This document shows positions 12,501-22,950 of a stretch of 55,281 nucleotides of DNA, piece by piece. How positions within the stretch are numbered: position 1 is the stretch's first letter; each line of letters begins with the position of its first letter. Under the pieces are notes generated by a model, which was not told the origin of the DNA, made no database searches, and was given only the letters and a program-made list of their open reading frames with translations. Both the position numbers and the translations under genes were made by a program. The stretch is from Nemertoderma westbladi. Lineage: Eukaryota > Animalia > Xenacoelomorpha. Location: contig JAUCBJ010003552.1 of the NCBI GenBank assembly GCA_032718475.1, forward strand, positions 1-55,281, written 5' to 3'.

Positions 12501-14080
12501 TAATTGTCTAACAAGTGCGCACCTGTGAGAAAAGTGCCAATTCTCAAGTACATGACATTTGAATCTCATTCCAAGTGGCGGTGTATTCATCCATATATAG
12601 AATTAGGAATCCATTGATTCATTCATCAAGCGATTGGGCACATCTCAACTAACAAGTAACGAATTGGAAAGGTTTCTACAAATATCATCAATTATTTGCC
12701 AAAAAATATTACATGATTATGGGAATATGTGCTTCCAATGCATTGCACATTATTATGTATGCCTCCTACATCACTGCAGGTTATAAGCACTAGGGCCAAA
12801 CACAATACATAGACCGACAATTGAGTAATTAATTAATAATTAAAGACCAATAATAAAAGGCAATTAATATAGATTCTACGTCTCAAAACATTACCATGTC
12901 GAGAATACATATTTATCATATAATTAAGCTTGTGCAATTACATAAGCATTGCACAATGCTGGCATACTCTTATCAAATAACTTATATAAATAACTCTAAA
13001 TAAGTTATATAATAGTAGGAGATCATCATCTTCAAGATCAAGTATAAATTTGCTCCCACTACTCCTATAATCTGATCAGATCACGGAGTACAACTTCATA
13101 TCCATAGATGCTGACGGTTTTGACGCACCTAATAATGAAGACTCAGTCGCACGACTTTCTGACTACCGAGATCTTCAAGGGTGGTGGTATGAGATGGCAT
13201 CGTCATTTCTTCTCATCATTGCTCTTTTGTATATTTTCAACAGTCAATCTTGTTATTACAGTAAAACCTATCCACGAAAATCTCACGTCATATTTGATTA
13301 CTTGTTTGCTGTTCATTTGTAGTTGGTAAATTATTGATCGCAAATCTGCTTTTACGAATAAACTACTGATGTTCCTTGATTGACAGTTCCTATATTTTCA
13401 TTGATTCGCAACAAACACCATGTGACCTCTTCAAATGTAAAATGCTTGTAAAAGTAGGTATTTAATTAGTTTCGTTCAATTACAGGCATAATAATTTATA
13501 ACATTCAAAACTGGAACGTTTAAATATAATTGGTTTATTCATTTTTGGTTAGAACGTATTTTTTATATATACCAGTAAACAGCGTACACATACATGTATA
13601 TAAAAGTTCAGCTATTTTCTTTAATACAATGTAATTGCAGTATTTAATATTTAATGACCTGTATTGTAGCACTTTGAGGTTTCCGAATATTTCTTTCACA
13701 AATTAAAGTAGCCAGAACAATCTACTTGGCCGAAATGTACTATCACATTAAGTATTATTCCAAACTTTAACTTTACGAAAGGACTGCATTTTATGAAAAA
13801 CATTAAAAATTGTAATCGTTGGAGCATAAAAGTAGAACAAGTTTGCACTTAATAATAAAATTTACAATACCATATGAGGTTAATACAGCTTTATTTTGCG
13901 CTATTACCGGCAAGGCTAAGGGGGGGGGGGGGGGGGGATAAATAATTTTCACTGGTGACCCCCTATTTTTTAAATTGTGTAACAGCCCTTCAGGTTTAAC
14001 TGTCAGCGCCTAAACAGACTCACCATCCTATTTTAGGCGAATTATAAAACATTGACCACCCGATATGACGAATAGCTAGA

Positions 14081-14232
14081 TACTGCTACGACTATAATAG
14101 CTTGCCCCATTGAGATGCTATGCAGGTTTAACAAAATTATTTTTGCCACCACTGCGTTTATCTACAAAATTGCACTGCCACAACTCCCTAGTATCACAAC
14201 TCACTTTCGCGAGATTATCCACATCTTTAAGG
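14081..14232 (-). mobile_element. Short diverged 3' fragment of the RTE-like LINE family
   Basis: TTATCTACAAAATTGCACTGCCACAACTCCCTA aligns with TTATCGACAAAATTGCACAGCCACAACTCCCTA at about 29578-29610; decayed (TAC)n tail near 14081. Confidence 0.6.
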
Positions 14233-14601
14233 GTAGTGACCTTTCAGACGTGTCTTAGAGATAAGTCAAATACACCGAGAGTTGGATGAGGTGATATTTT
14301 TTTTTTATGAGGCTAACTAATCATTATACAAGATTGAAAATGTCCCAATGGGATATTTCCTGGGTTACCAAATCTCCTTTCTAACACCTTTCATTGTTTA
14401 ACCTTCTCAACATGTATTTGTACATCATGTTGCCGTTGTGCATAAGAACTATGTAATTGTGACTGATTTTAATGCCATTGATTCTTCTCTGCCATATTGG
14501 GTCTTTCTAGGTCCACTATCCATTCTCCTATGATGGGGTATCTAATTGTGCCAGCTCCTGAACCATGAGCTATGGTTACTATATATATCCATTGCTCTGC
14601 A

Positions 14602-15826
14602 TGTAAAAGCCTTTGCGGAATTGCCCCGTTATTTTTATTATCTTTTACATTAAAATACTCTGTAGTTGATTTAATAAGTGTAAGAGACCGTATTATTGCT
14701 GTATCGGTGTTTTTAGAGGATCTAAGACCTATTTCCTCCGTATGTGTACTGTGAAAGGCATATTTTATGATTCTATGGCAATTCGTGACGCAAAGGGGTG
14801 ATAGCTACTCTTGAACAGTAGTTACTATGACTACGGTTAACAGCTGACATTCATACGTGTTGATTTCCTTTGTTCTACGGCGTCTCTCAGTTCAGTCAGC
14901 CAATTAGAGCGTTTTTGTGGCTCCTTGTACAGAAAATTTCCGAGAAATGACGCAATGCCTATGTGCAGTGTTTACATTCAGTCCTGAGCCAAAGAAAGAA
15001 CGGCTTGGAAGTATTTTGTGCTTTACAGTTTTTAGTCTTACACTAGTAGGTTTAATTATAAAGGGCATATATCCTTTAACTACCTAAAGACTCTGATGAC
15101 TGATCATACATGCTGACTGCTGAAACATTGCAAACTCATAACAATCAGTGTTTTCATTGTTGTTTTATACTGCTATTTACCGTCAGTTCTTCATAATATG
15201 GTTGATGAATTATTATATTTGGAATAACGAACCCCGAAACCCAATATTCTTGATTTACCGAAGGTAAGAGAGAAAGGTTACCAATAACGATTGTGACTTA
15301 TGTTAAAGTGGTTTGAAGTGAATCTAATGTTATTTGATAGACCCTACATGAGTCAGCCTGTGTTCCTTTTATATGTGACTAAAATCAGTGAGGATTGGCA
15401 GATTAGTGTGCAGTATTGTGCAGCATTGTGTATGAGTGAGTCTGTTAAAGAAGCAATTCCTAAAGAATGCGCCATATATGTGAATTATAATTAAGCCATA
15501 TCGTTGTGAGTAGTTTAAGTCATAACTCTGTTTATATAGATAAAGCGCCACGTCCTAAAGGAACTGTTAATATTCCCGAAGGTAAATAATATTGTCAGAG
15601 ATTATATAATACTGTCAGTCGAATAATACATTAGGCTTACATAGCAACAAAATTAAACCGTCGAACCCAATCTCCCGGGAATATCCAGCGGGTGAATGGT
15701 CGCGCACGGATTGGTTTCGACTAGTGTAGTGAATCAAATACTTGTCATAGACTAAAAACCGATTTAATATCTAGAAGACATCTTAATTTGGTGGGTTAAA
15801 CTGCCAAAGGTCTGAAAGCGCGAACA
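14602..15826 (+). repeat. 5' LTR
   Basis: TGTAAAAG...GCGAACA; matches 25765-26989 except at 14617, 15255 and 15534 by eye. Contains CCAAT, two TGACGCAA and an Inr-like TCAGT near 14979. Confidence 0.97.
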
Positions 15827-15847
15827 TTAAAGGATATAGCTTCTTTG
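15827..15847 (+). promoter_or_regulatory. Non-canonical primer-binding site complementary to the element's own LTR
   Basis: TTAAAGGATATA (15827-15838) lacks the TGG of a tRNA PBS and is the exact reverse complement of TATATCCTTTAA at 15068-15079 and 26231-26242. Confidence 0.6.
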
Positions 15848-16074
15848 TTGCAGTAAGCAATAAAGTTGAAAGTACCGGTCAACCGGTACATCTGTAGGTC
15901 AGTAGGCCCAACTGCCAGAACCGGTACCAGTAGGCCTGACTACCTAACCACTCGGACCGGTACCTACAGCAGTACAGGTACAGCAGTATTATTCGATTTT
16001 GATAGTTGTATACCGGTAGGTCTTAGTACTTAATCAGGGAACGGCCGCCCTGATTTTTTATTGAGATTTTACTT

Positions 16075-16710
16075 ATTTCTGTCAAGTTTTATTTATTTGT
16101 AGGCCAGTATTGAACAGAAGGCGTGTAAGCCTGATCAGATTGTACAGACGATTTGTAGGCTGAGCTGTTGTCTGATTGCTGTTAAGTCCGAACGAATTGC
16201 AGTGTGTGTAGAGCACTTGTCCGATTAAGTACGGTTAGGAAGTAGGGGCAGCCAATGCGGTAGGGTAAACCCCCAACTAAAGAATAAGTCGCACTACTGG
16301 GTTAGAGCGCATACTCCCTAATCATTTCGGAGTCTGCATGTCCTGTGGTTTATTTAGGCTTGAGAGTAGTCTGCCATCGTTTAGTCTGTACTTTGTTTGT
16401 GTAAGTCTGTACGGGTAGCGTATAATTTTATTTAAATAATTTGTAGGCTGGATAGTTGTCTGGCTGTTATTAAGTCTGAACGGATTGCCGCGTGTGTAGA
16501 TCATCTGTCCGATTAAGTACGATTAGGCAGTAGGGGCAGCGAACGCTGTAAGGTAAACCCCCAACTAAAGAATAAGTCGCACTACTGGGTTAGAGCGCAT
16601 ACTCCCTAATCATTTCGGAGTCTGCATATACCGTAGTTTGTTTAGGCTTGATAGTAGTCTGTCAGTGTTCTGTCTGTATTTTGTTTGAGTAGTTTGTACG
16701 CGTAGCGTAA
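16075..16710 (+). repeat. ~288-bp tandem duplication in the 5' leader of the BEL element
   Basis: GTAAACCCCCAACTAAAGAATAAGTCGCACTACTGGGTTAGAGCGCATACTCCCTAATCATTTCGGAGTCTGCAT occurs identically near 16265 and 16553. Confidence 0.9.
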
Positions 16711-18042
16711 TATTTATTATTCAGAGTTTATGCAATTATTCGCAACATTCAAGTCCCCAAGTTTGTTCCTACAGTAATTGTGTTTGTTATACATACCGCT
16801 ATAGTTAAATTAACCTCGGTACTACACGGGCTGCTTGGCGTAGGTAAAGACTGGTGATTTTGTGCATCGGTCACTCCAGCAGATGCCGTGGTTCTTTTAG
16901 CTGTTCAAGTATATTTAATTACTGATTATCTGTTGTACAAGTACTCGTACCTAATTTAGGGTTTAGTGTACAGTGCTTTCCGAGAATAATTAGTGTAGGC
17001 ATTATATTTGTGTTGTAAAGTGGTTGATAGGCACATTCGATTAGCTCTATTAACTTCTAGGTAGGAACACTCCGTGATACATAACGTAGAACCTATAGCG
17101 ATACGGCTATAGGTCGTCAGGCGGTGGTATTTTCCTATCTAGACAACGCAGTGTATTTACTACTACTTATTATTTCAAATACCGTAATACCCCGTCCGCT
17201 GTAATAATCAGTTTTCTAACCCTTTGTTAGGCTGGTTTGTAGACTTCTTGTAAAATTACCCTAAAAATTCGTATTTTGTGTTTTTTGTAAATTTTTGTGT
17301 TTATTTAGAGATTGTAATCTCAACCCGAATTGTACGTAATTTGTAGTATAAGTAACTTAGGTAAATTAGTAATATTTGTTTTAGTGTCCTATAAGTAACA
17401 CTTCACTGAAAGCGCACCGCTTTGTGTAGTGATTACTCCCCAGAAATAATAATATTTATTTCAAACATTGACAAAACCCATTAAAACGGGTATATATATA
17501 TTATAAATCAAATCTAACGATTTATAAATAGTAGGCCTACCATACAACCATTAGGTCCCAATATCAGTTGGATTACTGCTCAAATAACGGTAATAAAGTA
17601 AGTAAAGTAACAAAGTAACCCTAAAGTAACAGAAATTCAATTATTTGAAATAATTGATATACCGGTATTTACGATAGGCCTATTATCTTTATTTCTATAA
17701 ATCTAGGCTGAAATTATACCGGTACTTGTAATTAATTCTATTTCAGAATTATATATCCTACAAACTGTAAGCTGTATACCGGTATTCCGATAGGCCTATT
17801 ATATATTTATATATATTTGTGCTAAAATTATACCGGTATTCTGTGATAAACCTAGTCTGTAATAATACTTATATAGTTATATATACTATAAGTATACCGG
17901 TATTCTAATATATTATATATATATCACGCTACACTGAGTAGCAGTAACGGTAATTAATTACTAGGCTAGCAGTTCATACTGAGTTACTAGACTTGCTTAG
18001 ACTGTAATATAGCAGTAGGCATTCAACTGTACATACCTAGTC

Positions 18043-21000
18043 ATGTCTGATACTAAGCAGAACCTGTCAGACAGTTTATTAGATGTAACTATCTGCGACT
18101 CAGATAGAGACGTACAACCGTCTGGTCGTAAATCCAGTTCACCTCCCACTGTGAGGAAGGTCATCCCTCCAGTAGTAATAACAGAACCTAGGCTGGTCCA
18201 ACATCGTAGGTCTATCATAGGCACTCGAGCTCAGGTCAAGCGGGACCAAAAGGCAGCGGAACAGCAACAACCCACTAGTCAAGAACTTATTCCTCAGCGG
18301 CCCAGCAGCTCCAGTAGTGAGGATACTGTAGAGCTGACACCCGAGAGCGGAGCAGAGATGACGGATGCGGTTTATACGGATCCCCTTCTCATCCTTCCTG
18401 CAGCCGTGCTCGCTGGGTTATTGATCGCGGTGGAAGAACACCAGATCGATTGGGCGAGAAGTCAACGGTCAACTAGAGATAACTACGCGGGATACACTAG
18501 TGAAGAACTGAAGTCTATTGTCGAGTCGCAATGGAACTTCCCCGGACCCGGACTCCCGTTTGATTTATCAGAAGCTGCCTGGGAAGACATACACCGGATG
18601 GGAGTAGCCAAGGAAACCATCGATCCAGCTGTATGGAAGAGGTCCGCAGCCGGATACGCACAGGGATTCTTCAGCTCTATGGAGCGAATAGAAAAGCAAC
18701 TTTTTCAACAACCTCAAGGACCTCAAGAGCAGGGATCGCTGCTTTATCAAGTTAGAGAAAGAGTTCTGCGGATTAGGCTAATCTTATCCGCCTTTGAGGA
18801 GGCTTCTAAAAGAAGACAAGACACGTCGTTGCAAGTTGCCGTGAAGACTTGGTTTCAACGGGTGAGTCGCCAGGTTCAAGGAGCAGCTCAGTGGAAAGCT
18901 CAGTTGGAGGAGCGCTCAACCCATGGAGAATCAACAGACGCTACTTTTTCCCAAGTGGAAAGTGAAGCGACGGCAGAGAAACCACATAAGAAGGATGCCA
19001 TTGATATCTATCTGTCAGACTATCAGCGTTTTGTGGGAGATGAAGAGTTGAGGAGAAGGCTAGAGGGACTTAGCCCTAATAGCGAAGGAGCCAAACTTGT
19101 GTTAGATGCGATTGATGTGGATAGGTTAGCGGCGAACCAAGCTAAATTCGATGAACAACTCCGCATCGTTAGAGAACAAGAAGAACAAGTAAAGAAAAAA
19201 CGTATAGAAGACAGAAAGGCCGCAGCAAAAGCAGAGGCAGAGGCAAAAGCGGCAGCAGCAGAAGCAGCGGCAGAGGCAAAAGCAGCAGAAGCAGCGGCAG
19301 AGGTAAAAGCGGCAGCGGCAGAGGCAAAAGCGGCAGCAGCAGAAGCAGAACGGAAAGCGGCTGAAGAGATCGCCCAACTGGAGTTGGAAACGCTTCAAGA
19401 GAAGCAAGACGACTTCAGTAAACAGTTAACAGCTAGTAATATGCGGATGATGAATCGATCTACTCCCAAAAGACAGGGATATACATCATCTGAAGAAGGC
19501 GATACCACCGATACTGAGGGCAAAGGAAATAGATCTCGTCTAAGCAGACACAAAAGAACATTCCACCGGCAGAAATTGCCTGATTTGCCTCCAGCTGTTA
19601 GAAGGCAACTAAATAACACCAAAGTAGGTAGTACAGAGCCCGCAGACCAAATAATTAAAATAGAAAGACTCCCTACGATAGTAGATGAGCCTGAAATAAT
19701 TAGGCCTGTTCTTGAAATCACCCCTTCGGTGATAGACGCACATGTGCTCCCTGAAACTACCTCTAAATTCCCTCTGCATAGCACTAAGCTACCTGTGCCC
19801 CGCAGAACTGCCCAAGAGACAGTTCAGGTCCTGGACCCCGAGCGAAATATTCACAATTTGTCGCCCGTTGTCCCTCGTCCGCCCGCTACAACGTTGGCGA
19901 CTCCCGCTTCGGCGGTCGAATGGGTGGACGAGAGACGGCGGGGGATGGATATCCTGCTCGGACAGATGCAGGAGACTGTCCAGCAGTTCAAGGGCACAGT
20001 AAGGGAAAGTAGGCTAGAGTTGCAAGAAGTGCAGCAAAGTATCGCGCTAGAGCGCGATAAATTAGTAAACACACAAAAGGGTATACCACCACCCTCTGTA
20101 ACAATGTGTCAACCTGTTAGTTCTGAAGTATTGCATGCGCAAGGTGTGGAGCCTACACGCATATACACTGCTAGCGAAGTAGAAACTCCTATAGTGAACC
20201 CTCTAAAGGGTAATTATAGACCTGTTGATAATGATATTCCCTATAGAACTGATCATAATCCGAGAAATTTATATACTGATAACTCGATATTAAATAGCAC
20301 GATGGCCCAAGAAAGTTTTACGCGTCAAATGGCTAGAACCGAAGCCCGACAAGCGGTAAAGGTTGGAGAGATCGTCAAGTTTAATGGAGATGAGATGAAA
20401 TGGTTACCTTTTAATGAATATTACAAAGATAACATACAGAACTCTGTACTATCTAATGGAGAAAAACTTAGATACCTCATCGAGTGCTTGGAAGGATCTC
20501 CCAAGTTAATGGCATTAAAGTTTATTGGACATCCAGACGGATTAAGACAAGTTTGGGATACACTAAACATCAGGTATGGTAATAGGAATAATATCGCTGG
20601 GTACTTGTATGCCAAGTTAGTAGCGCCCCGAAAGTTTATTAGTAGCGGAATTATCGAGTTTTCCGATGAGATCCAGGAGATCTGCAGACAATTAGATTGG
20701 CTAGGTAAGTCTCATGAGTATCAGAACACTATGGTTATTAGAGCAGTGGCTTCTACTTTACCGAAAGGTGGAGTAGGTACACGCTGGGATAAGAAAGTGT
20801 TATATATGATGGAACAACAACGGCGAGACCCTACCATGGCTGATCTCATGTCATTCCTAGATGGAGAAGTGAAATTACAGCTCCTGAAACAGTCTAGGGA
20901 GAAAACACCGGAAAACAAGGTAAGTGAAAAACCCGTCTCTAGGAGAAAAATAACACCAGTATGTTATACCGACGACGGTGAAAGCCAAACTTCTCAAGGA

Positions 21001-22950
21001 GGGGACAGCGGGAAAGACACTGACAGATCTTATGTCAATAAAATGCCTAAAGATCAGGTAAGTAAATCCAAGTCTCGACCCAATGACAGAAGGGAACCGG
21101 TACAAAAAACCCCTCCTACGTCTCCTAAAGGAATTCAGGTGAGAAAGCCCGAGGAAAGAACAAGTGTGCACCACATAGCACAGGTTAAAGTAAGTAACAT
21201 CAAGCCGAAATGTGTGCTGTGCGACGGGCCCCACCGTTTAAATGCGTGTGATAAATTCCTGAGGAAATCACTCGAGGATAGACGTGAAGTCATGTGGGAT
21301 AAGCGGTTGTGTTATAATTGCCTCAGACGAGGACACCAACGGCGAACCTGTAACTCCGACGCAAGGTGTGCAAAGTGCGGCGCAAATCATCATATCTTGT
21401 TGCACACGGAATTCGAACGAAACAGCCCGAGTCAGGTAAGTGAGTCCGAACTACATGTCCAATTCAGTGATGTGAACGACACTGATCAATCTGAGATGGA
21501 AGGATTCTATACGGACGAGTTCTCCGACCAAAACGAATCCTGTTACCTAATAAACACCACCGCAGTGTATCGAACACTCGTGTATGAGAAAGACACAGAC
21601 AGCGACCTTACCTTAACTACTTCCGATCAACAACCATCTTGGAAAGCGCCAACTTCCAATATAGGAATCCGAGAATTTCCTGTAGTCCAGTTACGGGTCC
21701 ACGGACCTCAGAAGAGCTATATAGTGAACGCCCTCCTGGACTCCGGTAGCACAGGAACATTCATCGATAGGGAACTAGCCGAAGTCATCTTTGCTGGACA
21801 ACCCAAGTTCCAAACCAAGCTAAACCTGTCAGGGATCATGCAGGTTTGGAATTCTACTGTAGCTGCCGACTATTATATATGTGAGTTGTCCACCCCCCAG
21901 GACGAACTAGGAGAACATAGCATCAGGTCAGTGAAAATGGTGGCTATAAAGAACTTCGCTACTACTCAAGCAGACCTTTATAATTGGGACGAGGATGAGA
22001 GCATCCAACATCTTAACATACCTCGATTCCAGACTGATTATCCTGGAGTGCAAATACTCATCGGCCAAAACGCGCATGAGGCGCTGGAGACATTAGAGAA
22101 ACGACCTGCTCAACCGCAACCACTTCAGCCCTATGCGGTAAGAACTAGAGTAGGTTGGTACCTTACTGGACCTTCCCGTAGAACGCTCAGAGAAAGACTG
22201 CTTCAAGATTGCGTCTGCCAGCGGAGTAAATGGGAAGATGATACTAGTGAGGGAGACGACCCAACTGAGGGAACACCATACTCCTCAGATAATGACGATA
22301 TTAGCTCCAATTTAGATCAATGGAGATATTGTCCCAAGAAGTTTAATCCAACGGACATCGCTTCCAGAGGAGTAACTCCTCAAGAACTGACAGATACTAC
22401 AGACCGGTTAGGTGAACCCGACTTCCTGAGTAAGGAGGATGAATGGCCTCCCCATCTTACTCCGACTGAGATTAGACCAGCCAAGGGAGCGGAGAAAGTT
22501 AAACCTAAAACCCGGGCGGGTGGATCGGAGTTATTTGAACCCGGGATAGATCTGTCGGTATTACATGTTGCCAGGGACGACGCCGTGGATCTGGGCCTCC
22601 CCTCCGCGAGTGGATCCTTCATGAAGATCAGAGAGAGCGATTGGAGCTCTGGAACATCAGACGTCTCGCAGGGACTCTCACCTCTCCTGCAGAGAGCGAC
22701 GGACCACTATAGCTCCTGGAATCGGCTTTGTGACGCCGTCATATACTTTGAGCGATGTTTCTATCGTCACTATTCCAGGACGAAGAGGAAACCTGGAATT
22801 GTATTCAGGATGCAGCAACTCAATCACCCAGTCGGTCGTTTGTGTTTATCGGAAGGGAATGGAGGACTCTCCGGAAACTGTGGAAGGCAAGATTCTCTTC
22901 CCACGACCACCTCCCTAATCCTTCAAACATCTAGGGACTCCATAACGTAG
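18043..22950 (+). CDS. BEL/Pao Gag-protease polyprotein with RT and integrase core deleted in frame (1635 aa)
   Basis: BEL Gag core (IVKFNGDEMKWLPF..KLRYLIECLEG), three Cys/His knuckles (CVLCDGPHRLNAC, CYNCLRRGHQRRTC, CAKCGANHHILLH), protease ALLDSGS, PYAVRTRVGWYLTGP, then directly the RNase H tail WRYCPKKFNPTDIASRG, YSSWNRL and the terminal HPVGRLCL. No YVDD or DDE motifs. Confidence 0.93.
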   Translation: MSDTKQNLSDSLLDVTICDSDRDVQPSGRKSSSPPTVRKVIPPVVITEPRLVQHRRSIIGTRAQVKRDQKAAEQQQPTSQELIPQRPSSSSSEDTVELTPESGAEMTDAVYTDPLLILPAAVLAGLLIAVEEHQIDWARSQRSTRDNYAGYTSEELKSIVESQWNFPGPGLPFDLSEAAWEDIHRMGVAKETIDPAVWKRSAAGYAQGFFSSMERIEKQLFQQPQGPQEQGSLLYQVRERVLRIRLILSAFEEASKRRQDTSLQVAVKTWFQRVSRQVQGAAQWKAQLEERSTHGESTDATFSQVESEATAEKPHKKDAIDIYLSDYQRFVGDEELRRRLEGLSPNSEGAKLVLDAIDVDRLAANQAKFDEQLRIVREQEEQVKKKRIEDRKAAAKAEAEAKAAAAEAAAEAKAAEAAAEVKAAAAEAKAAAAEAERKAAEEIAQLELETLQEKQDDFSKQLTASNMRMMNRSTPKRQGYTSSEEGDTTDTEGKGNRSRLSRHKRTFHRQKLPDLPPAVRRQLNNTKVGSTEPADQIIKIERLPTIVDEPEIIRPVLEITPSVIDAHVLPETTSKFPLHSTKLPVPRRTAQETVQVLDPERNIHNLSPVVPRPPATTLATPASAVEWVDERRRGMDILLGQMQETVQQFKGTVRESRLELQEVQQSIALERDKLVNTQKGIPPPSVTMCQPVSSEVLHAQGVEPTRIYTASEVETPIVNPLKGNYRPVDNDIPYRTDHNPRNLYTDNSILNSTMAQESFTRQMARTEARQAVKVGEIVKFNGDEMKWLPFNEYYKDNIQNSVLSNGEKLRYLIECLEGSPKLMALKFIGHPDGLRQVWDTLNIRYGNRNNIAGYLYAKLVAPRKFISSGIIEFSDEIQEICRQLDWLGKSHEYQNTMVIRAVASTLPKGGVGTRWDKKVLYMMEQQRRDPTMADLMSFLDGEVKLQLLKQSREKTPENKVSEKPVSRRKITPVCYTDDGESQTSQGGDSGKDTDRSYVNKMPKDQVSKSKSRPNDRREPVQKTPPTSPKGIQVRKPEERTSVHHIAQVKVSNIKPKCVLCDGPHRLNACDKFLRKSLEDRREVMWDKRLCYNCLRRGHQRRTCNSDARCAKCGANHHILLHTEFERNSPSQVSESELHVQFSDVNDTDQSEMEGFYTDEFSDQNESCYLINTTAVYRTLVYEKDTDSDLTLTTSDQQPSWKAPTSNIGIREFPVVQLRVHGPQKSYIVNALLDSGSTGTFIDRELAEVIFAGQPKFQTKLNLSGIMQVWNSTVAADYYICELSTPQDELGEHSIRSVKMVAIKNFATTQADLYNWDEDESIQHLNIPRFQTDYPGVQILIGQNAHEALETLEKRPAQPQPLQPYAVRTRVGWYLTGPSRRTLRERLLQDCVCQRSKWEDDTSEGDDPTEGTPYSSDNDDISSNLDQWRYCPKKFNPTDIASRGVTPQELTDTTDRLGEPDFLSKEDEWPPHLTPTEIRPAKGAEKVKPKTRAGGSELFEPGIDLSVLHVARDDAVDLGLPSASGSFMKIRESDWSSGTSDVSQGLSPLLQRATDHYSSWNRLCDAVIYFERCFYRHYSRTKRKPGIVFRMQQLNHPVGRLCLSEGNGGLSGNCGRQDSLPTTTSLILQTSRDSIT

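Noticed and set aside
12500-13450. Possible decayed transposase (HLKRSH on the minus strand)
   Set aside because: Single short motif among many stops; cannot be supported.
14300-14601. Minus-strand poly(A)-tailed sequence that the BEL element inserted into
   Set aside because: May be an old LINE 3' end, but no diagnostic motif was recognised.
15300-15551. Short ORFs repeated at 26463-26714
   Set aside because: Duplicated only because they lie in the LTRs; no protein motifs.
18043-22950. Domesticated host Gag gene
   Set aside because: Near-identical LTRs and a perfect TSD show a recent insertion.
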